Made by a program: the position numbers and the translations under genes
The notes under the pieces: generated by a model
The model's input: only the letters and a program-made list of their open reading frames with translations
Databases searched by the model: none
Told to the model about the DNA's origin: nothing
Shown: positions 12,227-21,191 of the stretch, piece by piece
Numbering within the stretch: the stretch's first letter is position 1
Layout: each line of letters opens with the position of its first letter
NCBI RefSeq assembly: GCF_964204645.1
Contig: NC_134033.1
Coordinates: 5,852,231 to 5,916,230, forward strand
Source: Tubulanus polymorphus
Lineage: Eukaryota; Animalia; Nemertea
Reading direction: 5' to 3'
Length of the DNA: 64,000 nucleotides

Positions 12227-13615
12227 ATGGTAGATAGTTTTCCAAAAGCTTTCCAATATAATAAATCAATTAAATATAATATTCCAGCAATAGATTTTAA
12301 TAAAGATATTACATATAGAAATGAAGTTTTAGATTCATTAACTAATTTAGAAATTTATGTTACTGAAACTAATAATTTTAATGCAAAGATGGAAAATATA
12401 TTTCATGTATATTTAATTAATTTTAAAAAATTGAAAGATGAAAAACAATGGTTATTAAAATCTAATATGAAGTATTGGCAGAATCAATTAAATTTTGCTG
12501 TTTATTGTGCAACAACAGGATGTGGAATTAGTTGGAATGATCATTTGAATAATTCTAAATATAAACTAATTCAAAGTTTATTTAGATTTCATACATACTT
12601 TCAAATCAGAATAATATTAAATGAATTAGAGTGCGCTTTACCAGGATCTAGATATTTTAAAGAATTAGATAATAATATTAATTTATCTAAGTTTTATAAA
12701 ATTTGCAATGAATTTAATATAGATATAAATAATTCTGATTTTAGAACAAAAATTGGAACAATAAGATCACTTCCTTGCCCTAGAAAGATTGCAGAATATT
12801 GTGCACTTCCTATACCATCTAATAATTTTTATAATATCTATAATAAAAAATTAGGTTATGGTAAAATAGAAACAAAGGATTTAGAAACATTAAATTTCAA
12901 TAAATTACCAAAATTTTATGATAATTTAAAACAAGAAAACAATAATGGTTGGGTTTATTTTATTTTAGAAAATAGTGAAGGTTTTACAAAATCAGGTATA
13001 GAAAGAATAAATCAATCTATTAGAACTTATTTGATTTGTATTCTAGGATCACAAGTTGAAACAAGATCCCCGATAATTGGAAATTTGAATACATCATTCG
13101 ATACACAAAAACAATTTAAAGTTTTATTTGAAGATTCAATTCATAATGATAAAAATAGATCGATTCCAGAAAACATTATAAGATATCAAAATTATTTAGA
13201 TAAATCTCATGTAAGACTTAATTATTGTATAGGCCCTAATCTATTAATTATTTCTAATGATTTAGTATTGAAGATGGGAAACATAATTGGTTATAATAAT
13301 CTAATTAAAACTGCAACAATAAATAATTCATTTGGATTAAATGATATAAATAAAAAGATTATTACTGCTCCAAAATTAATGGAAGGTGAAAAAAATAAAA
13401 AACACATTCAATCAACAGAAACTAAAACTAATAATATTAAATTAAATAATGATTCCAAAATAAAAGATTACAATACTACAGAAAATATAAAAACTGATAA
13501 AATTCAACATGATATAATTAAACTAAATGATGATAATAAATCACATGAAAATACTAAATTAGCTATAACTTGTATAGGAATTGTAATCGGAGGAATATTA
13601 TATTTTAAATTTTAA
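12227..13615 (+). CDS. Hypothetical Maverick protein with C-terminal anchor
   Basis: 462 aa intact ORF; WQNQLNFAVYCATTGCGIS block; C-terminal TM (LAITCIGIVIGGILYF). Confidence 0.82.
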   Translation: MVDSFPKAFQYNKSIKYNIPAIDFNKDITYRNEVLDSLTNLEIYVTETNNFNAKMENIFHVYLINFKKLKDEKQWLLKSNMKYWQNQLNFAVYCATTGCGISWNDHLNNSKYKLIQSLFRFHTYFQIRIILNELECALPGSRYFKELDNNINLSKFYKICNEFNIDINNSDFRTKIGTIRSLPCPRKIAEYCALPIPSNNFYNIYNKKLGYGKIETKDLETLNFNKLPKFYDNLKQENNNGWVYFILENSEGFTKSGIERINQSIRTYLICILGSQVETRSPIIGNLNTSFDTQKQFKVLFEDSIHNDKNRSIPENIIRYQNYLDKSHVRLNYCIGPNLLIISNDLVLKMGNIIGYNNLIKTATINNSFGLNDINKKIITAPKLMEGEKNKKHIQSTETKTNNIKLNNDSKIKDYNTTENIKTDKIQHDIIKLNDDNKSHENTKLAITCIGIVIGGILYFKF

Positions 13616-13631
13616 TTTTTTTATTATGTAA

Positions 13632-15098
13632 ATGGATGTAGAAGGTGGAGAAGATTATGAAATGGGAGAAATGGGAAATAATAATGAAGGATATATTGAT
13701 GATGAACCACAACCCGATTTTAATGAAACTAATATTGATAATGATGATGAATCAGCATATAATTCTAATTTAGCAGATAGTGGTTCTAAAGGTCAATCAA
13801 CAGATGAATTTGATAGAAGAACTAGATCGAGAATAAATCCTGAAAATGAAAATCCAGATTTAGTAAAACAAAATTTAGAATATAATGAATATATTTATAA
13901 TTTCAAACCTATATTTGAAAAATCAGGATATAATATCAATGCTAGAGGCGCCAGACTTTTAGTACAAGAATTAAAATCTTTAGATGGTGAATATTATTAT
14001 CATTTGAAAGATGATTATTATATTGATATCTCTTATAAAAAACAAAACAAAATATTAGCAGAATCAACTTTGCTTAAGTCTGACTCATTACTATCTAGAA
14101 TTAAAAGAATAAGAAATAGTAATGAAATAGAAGATGTAACACAAGAAGAAATTATTAAAAATGAAAGAGTATTTAAACAAAGAATTAATGAATTATTTGA
14201 AACAATCGATAATAATTTAGAAACAGAAACAAGTTCTGAACAGAATATAACTTCCAAAACTAGTAAACTTAAATCAAACACTGAAGTTCAAACTGAAAAA
14301 CTTTTACCGAATGGATTACTTGATGCAACAGATCAAGAAATAGAAGCTTTAAGTATGTTTTCTAAAAAAACAATTAGAGAAATAATAAGTATACGAGATG
14401 AAGCTGATAAAATTGCTCGCGAAAAACATATTAGATATAATAAAATTAAACCTTTAGAAAATAAATTATTTGACACCAGAAAAGAATTAGAACAATTAAA
14501 ATTAGATAGAGAATTTAAAGTTATTGAAGAAATTGAATTTAAAAAAAGAAATGCATATTTAGAAAAAGAAATTGATGATTTAGAATATAACATAGAATTT
14601 CAGAAAGAAAAAATGAAACTATTATTAAAATCATACGATTATTGTATTAATAGATTAAAAGTTGTTGTTAAAGAGTTAATACTAAAACCAAATTCTGACA
14701 TATCACTAAAAGATAGAATAAAATTATTATTTAAGTTTGAAGGAATAACAGTTCTTTCAATTCTAACAGCTGTAACTATGGTATTTACAACAATTGGTTT
14801 AGCAATATCAAATGCTTTAAAATCTACTCCTACTCCAAACAAACCAGATAAACCTCCGGGAAATAATTCTATACAAGATAAAGTTAAGGATGGTTTAAAG
14901 AAATTAGCAAAATATTTATGGGAACTATCAAAGAAATCTGCTGCAGCTTTACCAGGAGTTATTGCATCAATTGTTGGTTTTGTTTTAAAATCTGCAGGTA
15001 ATATTCTTAACTTTGCTGCTGAACATATTATTTTATTTTTAATCACAGTTGTAAGTGCTATTATTTTTGGTTTAGTAAACATGATAAAAAATAAATAA
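13632..15098 (+). CDS. Coiled-coil protein with several C-terminal hydrophobic helices
   Basis: 488 aa; acidic N-terminus, long heptad-like region, three hydrophobic segments around a Pro-rich hinge. Confidence 0.82.
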   Translation: MDVEGGEDYEMGEMGNNNEGYIDDEPQPDFNETNIDNDDESAYNSNLADSGSKGQSTDEFDRRTRSRINPENENPDLVKQNLEYNEYIYNFKPIFEKSGYNINARGARLLVQELKSLDGEYYYHLKDDYYIDISYKKQNKILAESTLLKSDSLLSRIKRIRNSNEIEDVTQEEIIKNERVFKQRINELFETIDNNLETETSSEQNITSKTSKLKSNTEVQTEKLLPNGLLDATDQEIEALSMFSKKTIREIISIRDEADKIAREKHIRYNKIKPLENKLFDTRKELEQLKLDREFKVIEEIEFKKRNAYLEKEIDDLEYNIEFQKEKMKLLLKSYDYCINRLKVVVKELILKPNSDISLKDRIKLLFKFEGITVLSILTAVTMVFTTIGLAISNALKSTPTPNKPDKPPGNNSIQDKVKDGLKKLAKYLWELSKKSAAALPGVIASIVGFVLKSAGNILNFAAEHIILFLITVVSAIIFGLVNMIKNK

Positions 15099-15121
15099 TT
15101 AATTTTTTTTTTGTTAAATAA

Positions 15122-16369
15122 ATGAGTGGGAGTTATATAAGTCCTTCTAAGATTTCTAGAATATCTAATGCTATTAAAGCAGAAAGATCACATCATATAA
15201 TTACTCATAACCCTTCAAATATTAATCCCGATGAAACTTTATACGTTAGAATCCCTCGATTAACACAAAATACTTTTTATGTTCCAAACAGTATTTATTT
15301 ATCAGCCGATATAAAAGTAATCGGTAATAATAATAATTATGTCGTTGATAATGTTGGAAGATATTTGATTAAAAAGTTAACAATAAAGATTGGTCCAGAA
15401 ACAGTTTTCTCATTAGATGATTATAATTTATTTATGCACTATAAAGATTTATGGTTAACTAAAGAAAACAGAAATAATATGATATTTCAAGGAATCCAAT
15501 CAGAAAACCAAAATAAATTAAGATCAGAAGCTAATAGCGCAATATTAACAAATGATGTAGATAAATTGATAAAAAGTATATATGGAAGCAAATATAAAAT
15601 TCCATTAGATTTTGAATTGATAAATAATAATGCACCTTTATATAAATACGCAATTCAAGAAGATATTATATTTGAGATAACATTTGCTCCTGTAAATGAA
15701 ATTGTAATATCTAGCGTTAATAAAGATATGAGTTATAAATTATCGAATATATGTTTAGAATATGATACAGTAACTGATGAAAATATTGCTAGAACAATTC
15801 AAACTCAATATAATCAAGGATTTTCATTATTATATGATTATATTGATAAATTTAAAACTGTAACTATTAATGCAAATGATGAAATAATAAATGAGAATAT
15901 TAACTTCCCAAGAAGATCTATTAAAGGTATATTAATATTTTTTACTATTGGAACGTATACTAATGGCGCAATAAATGTTGACAATTATTATAATCCTGAA
16001 ATAACAAAAGTAGAAATAACTATCGAAGGAATAGCAAATAAAATATTTTGTCAAGGAATGAGAATGATAGATCAATGGGTAGAAATTAAAAAACATTTTA
16101 TGAATGAAAAAGTAAAATCATTTGAAAATTGTAACATTAATCAAATTGATTATTATACTGGTAATAAATATGCATTATGGTTAGATTTTAGAACAACTGA
16201 AGATAACTTATTACATGGTTCTGGAAAAAAACTACAAAATACAAAAGATGGAATACAATTATTCATGACAAAGAAAAAGGGAATCAAAAATTTTAAAATG
16301 CATATTTATATTATATCTGACGCGCAATTAAATATTGTAAATTCACAATTAGATAGTATTCAATATTAG
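15122..16369 (+). CDS. Major capsid protein (double jelly-roll, probable)
   Basis: 415 aa, beta-rich, intact; HNPSNINPDETLYVRIP and ALWLDFRTTEDNLLHGSG resemble invertebrate Polinton-like capsid proteins; size and context fit. Confidence 0.8.
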   Translation: MSGSYISPSKISRISNAIKAERSHHIITHNPSNINPDETLYVRIPRLTQNTFYVPNSIYLSADIKVIGNNNNYVVDNVGRYLIKKLTIKIGPETVFSLDDYNLFMHYKDLWLTKENRNNMIFQGIQSENQNKLRSEANSAILTNDVDKLIKSIYGSKYKIPLDFELINNNAPLYKYAIQEDIIFEITFAPVNEIVISSVNKDMSYKLSNICLEYDTVTDENIARTIQTQYNQGFSLLYDYIDKFKTVTINANDEIINENINFPRRSIKGILIFFTIGTYTNGAINVDNYYNPEITKVEITIEGIANKIFCQGMRMIDQWVEIKKHFMNEKVKSFENCNINQIDYYTGNKYALWLDFRTTEDNLLHGSGKKLQNTKDGIQLFMTKKKGIKNFKMHIYIISDAQLNIVNSQLDSIQY

Positions 16370-16399
16370 AAATATAAAGTTAAAATTAAGGATATATAA

Positions 16400-17527
16400 A
16401 TGGGAGGTAAAAAAACTCCTAATACTAAAGAACAATATTTAAGAAATTTATATTACAACCCTGAGAGTTCGGTTGCTTATTCTTCTACTAAAAATATATG
16501 GTGTAAAGTAAAACAAGATAAATTAGATAAGATAATCCCACAAAATTTAGTTAAATATAAAGATATAAATGAATTTATGTTAGAACAACCAACGTATACA
16601 ACACATAAAAAAATTGTTAGAAAATATAAAACTCGTAAAACTATGGTAAGTTATGTAGATCAACAGTGGCAAGGAGATTTAATTGATATGAAAAATCTTA
16701 AAAAAGATAATAATGATTATTGGTGGATATTGAATATAATTGATATTTTTAGTCGTTATGTATGGAGCTTCCCACTTTATAGAAAAGATGCTGCACAAAC
16801 ATCACATGTTTTAAGAAAATTTCTTTCAGGTGGAAAACTAAAACCAGAAAAAATTCAATTTGATGATGGAAAAGAATTTGATAATTCATTAGTTCATGGA
16901 CTTTTAGATTTTCATAATATTGAATATTTTTCAACAAAATCGGATAAAAAAGCAGCAGTTGTTGAACGATTTAATAGAACATTGAGAACAAGAATATCAA
17001 AATATTTCACAGCAAATAATACTTATAAATGGATTGATGTTTTACCAAAATTTATAGAAGGATATAATAATTCTTATCATTCTTCTATTGGAATGAAACC
17101 TATTGATGCTAGAAAACCTGAAAATGCTGAAATTGTTTGGAATAATTTATATGGAGCATTTCTTGTAGATGATTTTGGTGAACCTAAATTTAAAGTTGGT
17201 CAAAATGTTAGAATTTCTAAGTATAAAAAGATATTTGACAAAGGATACGATCGAAATTTTACTAGAGAAATATATAAAATAAAAAAGGTAATAACAACAA
17301 AACCATATGTCTATTAATTAGAAGATTTAGATGGTGAAGAAGTTGATGGCTACTTTTATGAAGAAGAATTAAGTTTAACTACTGAAAATCTAGAACAAGA
17401 ATATAAAATTGAAAAAGTATTAAAAACAAAAACTGTTAAAAGAAAAAAATATTCTTTAGTAAAATGGGTTGGATGGCCAGATAAATTCAATGAATGGATA
17501 TTATCAAGTAAAATTAAAAATATATAA
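16400..17527 (+). pseudogene. Retroviral-like (rve) integrase with C-terminal chromodomain; one premature stop
   Basis: WQGDLID, IDIFSRY, QFDDGKEF, VERFNRTL (DDE). Past TAA 17315-17317 the frame continues to YKIEKVL..LVKWVGWPDKFNEWI, stop 17525-17527. Confidence 0.95.
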
Positions 17528-18136
17528 ATGAATAAGGAATTATTTATATTTGAGCCTCATAATATGTTAATTTCTGGTGTAACAAATTGTGGAAAAACTT
17601 ATTTTATATTAAATTTACTAGAAACTGTTTACAAAAACTATTTTGATAATATAGTATTATTTTGTCCAACATATGAATTTAATCAAACTTATGATAGAAA
17701 TATTACTAGAAATAATAAATTTATTATATTAGATCCTAAAACAGTAAAAGAAAATTTAGATAATTGTATAAAAATAGCAATTGATATTTATAAAGGATCA
17801 AATACATTATTCATTATAGATGATTGTGCTAATCTACATGATTCAAAAGTTAGAGAAAGTGAGTTATGTTATTTAGCTTTCTCTGGTAGACATTTTTGGA
17901 TAACAACTTGGGTTTTAAATCAAGAATATAATTCAATTGTTAAAGACTTTAGAGAAAACATTAGATTTCTAGTTTTATTCTACAATAAAGATAGAAAATC
18001 GATGAAAAATGCACTTGAGGAAAATGATATTATTCCACATGATTTACATAATGAATATATGGATAAGTTGAAAAATATTAAAAGATCAAAATTACTATTT
18101 AGATTACAACACCCATTTAAATATGAATTTATTTAA
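17528..18136 (+). CDS. A32-like genome packaging ATPase
   Basis: Walker A GVTNCGKT, Walker B LFIIDD, GRH motif, LNQ. Confidence 0.93.
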   Translation: MNKELFIFEPHNMLISGVTNCGKTYFILNLLETVYKNYFDNIVLFCPTYEFNQTYDRNITRNNKFIILDPKTVKENLDNCIKIAIDIYKGSNTLFIIDDCANLHDSKVRESELCYLAFSGRHFWITTWVLNQEYNSIVKDFRENIRFLVLFYNKDRKSMKNALEENDIIPHDLHNEYMDKLKNIKRSKLLFRLQHPFKYEFI

Positions 18137-18390
18137 ATTCAACTAGCTTGTTAATCTAGTTGAATTCTAGTTATTGGTAGTTGTAACAAAAATCAAATAG
18201 ATTTAACAATATTTTAACTAGCTTGTTAATCTAGTTTAATTCTAGTTACATTCTAATTGAATTCTAGTTGTTAGTAGTTGAAACAAAAATCAACTAGAAT
18301 GTAACTAGAAATAAACAAAAACAACAATATTTCAACTAACTTGTTAATCTAGTTGAATTCTAGTTACATTCTAGTTAAATTCTAGTTGCA
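18137..18390. repeat. Internal non-coding array of direct and inverted CTAGTT/AACTAG repeats
   Basis: Three copies of ~AACTAGCTTGTTAATCTAGTTGAATTCTAGTTA plus inverted CAACTAGAATGTAACTAGAA at 18291. Confidence 0.85.
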
Positions 18391-18421
18391 ACATCACACA
18401 ATTAATTTTTTTGTTATATAA

Positions 18422-19028
18422 ATGGTAGGTGAAAAGAAAATAAAATCTAAAAATGGTGATGTTCCAATTGAAAAAACTTTAGATGATTTAGGAATAACAG
18501 AAACAAAATTAACTCCAGATGATGGTGCTTTAAATAATGTTACAACAAATAATAATTATGAATATTATCTTTATTGTAAACATCAATTAGAAATATTAGA
18601 ATAGCATCTGGAAAATGTAAAAATTTTGTTGGTAAAAATTTAACTTATAATGAATTAGACACAATGAAATCAGATGAAATTATTAGATTATTTAAGATTT
18701 ATGAAGCCGCGAGAACAGCTAGAATTAATGATGCGATATCAGAAAATGTAGTAAAAGGTTATGTAAATTATGTAATTATATACTACCAATTGAAAATGAA
18801 AATAGATTATATTCCGATTTAAAAAATGATTATTTAGTTATGACTGAATTAAATAAATGGATTGGATATTTATCATTTCAATTAGGTGGATTTATGACAT
18901 TATTATCAACTGGAGTTATAACATTTTCAAATATTGAAAGTAAAAATATTTCTATAATAAATGAGCGAGGTGAAAGAAGTGAAGGAATTAACTGTGAAGA
19001 AAAAACCGAGAACTCAGAAACAAATTGA
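18422..19028 (+). pseudogene. Frameshifted Maverick gene with C-terminal hydrophobic segment
   Basis: ORFs 18422..18604 and 18840..19028 are bridged by IASGKCKNFVGKNLTYNEL…; frameshifts near 18600 and 18775. Confidence 0.7.
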
Positions 19029-19329
19029 ATGGTCTCGACAATTAGGAATTAAATCACAAGAATATAAAAAAGCTGTAAAAGAAAAAATAAGTAATTAAAA
19101 TGTTAATAAAAATGGTGAAAATATTGTTATTTCTACTCCTTCTGATAGTAGAATATTTGATAAATATTTATATTTTACAGTTGGATTTGTAATTGTATTC
19201 ATTTTGATTGGGTGTAGTTGGTATAAGAAATCAAATAAAATTCATGATATTAGTAATTCTGAACCAACTGCTATCAAAAATGAAAGTACTTCTGAAATTC
19301 CAAAATTGACAATAAAAAAAAAGGATTAA
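18961..19329 (+). pseudogene. Basic single-TM Maverick protein with internal stop (not in ORF track)
   Basis: TAAATG start; MSEVKEVK…KISN*NVNK…YLYFTVGFVIVFILIGCSWYKK…; TAA at 19096-19098. Confidence 0.7.
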
Positions 19330-19507
19330 TATTTTAGAAAAAAAGCAAAAAAAATAATTTTTTTTAATTAATTGAATATCTCACTACTTTTGTCTATCAC
19401 TGTGTGGGTGCCGTTTATGGCACCATCTACGCGGAGCAATTAAATTGTCCAGATAAGTCATTTCGGATTCTAGATATTCATTATTTTTATTAATTCATTT
19501 TTTAAAT

Positions 19508-19834
19508 TTAATCAACAATTTCTAAATCATGATGGCCATCTTCATTTTTTCCATGATAGATTATTTTAAATCCTTCTAAATCTTTTAATTCCTCTGTACT
19601 CAATGAAACCCATTTATCGGGTAAAAACACTTTAAATTCTCGTGATGTACTAACATTACAGTAGCTTAAATTAGCTGATACTTTCTCTCCATATTTAGTT
19701 TTTATCTTTTCTAATTTCAATATTTTATGTTCAATTTCTTTTGTAACATCAACTAACTTTTTTATTTCAAATTGTTTTTTTGCTGGTTTTATTCTGTTAT
19801 TTATTGTTGCTAAGAATGCTTTTCTATCTCCCAT
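19508..19834 (-). CDS. Small Maverick protein, possibly OB-fold ssDNA-binding
   Basis: 108 aa with TKYG…VFLP…YHG pattern; shares its upstream motif with the polymerase; function is inference. Confidence 0.6.
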   Translation of the reverse strand: MGDRKAFLATINNRIKPAKKQFEIKKLVDVTKEIEHKILKLEKIKTKYGEKVSANLSYCNVSTSREFKVFLPDKWVSLSTEELKDLEGFKIIYHGKNEDGHHDLEIVD

Positions 19835-20075
19835 TTATAAGGAAAACAAATTACTTGTGGTGATGAGTGGGGATTACTTCCCCCTATATAACAAGCACGC
19901 TATTAACCGTTCTCACCCAAGCCTCACAGCATCTATTTATCTGGGTACAGTTGACACGCAATCACTGTACTACAGTAATAGCACACACATTAATAACCGT
20001 TCTCAGTAGAGACTCACTGTATCGATCTATCCACACACAGCTGTTGTTACACGCACTCACTGTTTATGTGTGTCA

Positions 20076-20335
20076 CAATTTTACTACGTAATATTTCTAA
20101 AATTTCAATTGTATCTTTTATTTCTAGTGAATCAATATAATTTCTAACATTTTCCATGTAAGGTTTATCGATGTATTTTTTACAATATTGACAATAATAT
20201 TGATTTTTATTGACATTATTGTTTTCTAGTTGGTGTTCATTCTCCCCCATTTATTAGGGGAAAAAATTACTTGTGGTGATGAGTGGTGTCTCGTCCTCTC
20301 GTCCTCTGGTATGAAACCCACATCTTCCAATTACT
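20076..20335 (-). repeat. Right terminal inverted repeat (lacks 291 bp relative to the left copy)
   Basis: ORF 20047..20250 reproduces the polymerase N-terminus (…YCQYCKKYID joined to KPYMENVRNY…). Confidence 0.9.
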
Positions 20336-21107
20336 AGTGCGCTTCTGGACAGACATTCTTTTTCCCATTCGGCTACAAAGATATTGGCATAAGAAGGAGC
20401 AAAATGCGTACCCATTGCGGTACCTTTTACCTGTAGATATGTATTTTCGTAAAAGTTTAAGTCGTTTTTCGTCAGGCTGATTTCTAGTAGTTTCAGCAGC
20501 TCGGCATCCGGGCGTCCCGGGTTCGGGTTATCTCGGAGAGCTTGTCGGATGCTGGCGATACCCTCTTCGCGGGGGATGTTGGTGTATAGCGAATCGATGT
20601 CCATGGTGACGAGAAACGTATCGGCGCTAAATTGTTTACCGGCCAAAATATCTAGAAAGTGGTTGGTATCTTTGACGTACGACGGTTGACTCCGGGCGAT
20701 CGGCTGCAAGTAGTAGTCGATCCATTCCGAAATTTTGTGGGGTATCCCTGGTTTGTTGAGCCAATTCGTGCGCGTCGTTACAGAACTCGGCGATTACTGG
20801 TTCTATTGTATCCGGAGCCCAACTGCTGGGCAAACGGAAACGCGGAGCCTCGCAGTCCGATTTCTCTCGGAAGTGATGGTGGAGTTTCACTAGCCGGTTG
20901 AATCAGCACACTCCCTTGGTGCGCTCGGTCGCGGCGGCATCAGAACTGATTTTCGGAGTCGGGCAATAGGTGAGGCCCTTTCGGAGTAACTGACGTTGCG
21001 CCGGACTTAGGCGGTGTGAACGTGTGAGGTTGACCACCGGGCTCCCGAGAGCGGTTACTGGATCGCATCGCGCTTGGTTTGGTGCCGGTTCGCCGTGTTC
21101 GTCGTAC
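20336..21107 (-). pseudogene. Penelope-like RT, N-terminal half (internal deletion, one TGA)
   Basis: VVNL…LLRKGLTYCPTP, SSWAP, ISEWIDYYLQP, SYVKDT, MDIDSLYTNIP, GTAMGT.FAPSYANIF; the DKG region is missing near 20730. Confidence 0.92.
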
Positions 21108-21191
21108 CTGGAAATGGAAGAAATAGAGAAACATTGGTTAATTCCGGTTGATTTAACTCACCAATAGCGGACCCGTTGGTCTCACTGATAC

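Larger units (their letters stand above)
3458..20335 (+). mobile_element. Maverick/Polinton-type endogenous dsDNA virus, full length, partly pseudogenised
   Basis: Ends AGTAATTGGAAGATGTGGG...CCCACATCTTCCAATTACT; 6-bp TSD AGTGCG at 3452-3457 and 20336-20341; pPolB, capsid, penton, A32 ATPase and rve integrase genes; abrupt switch to very AT-rich, intronless, gene-dense DNA. Confidence 0.97.

Noticed and set aside
6174-19098. In-frame TAA codons (6174, 17315, 19096) as readthrough or an alternative genetic code
   Set aside because: TAA is the normal stop for most of the element's genes and frameshifts co-occur, so ordinary decay explains them.
20903-20905. In-frame TGA in the Penelope pol as selenocysteine
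   Set aside because: Context fits an Arg CGA>TGA CpG change, the copy has other lesions, and no SECIS was identified.
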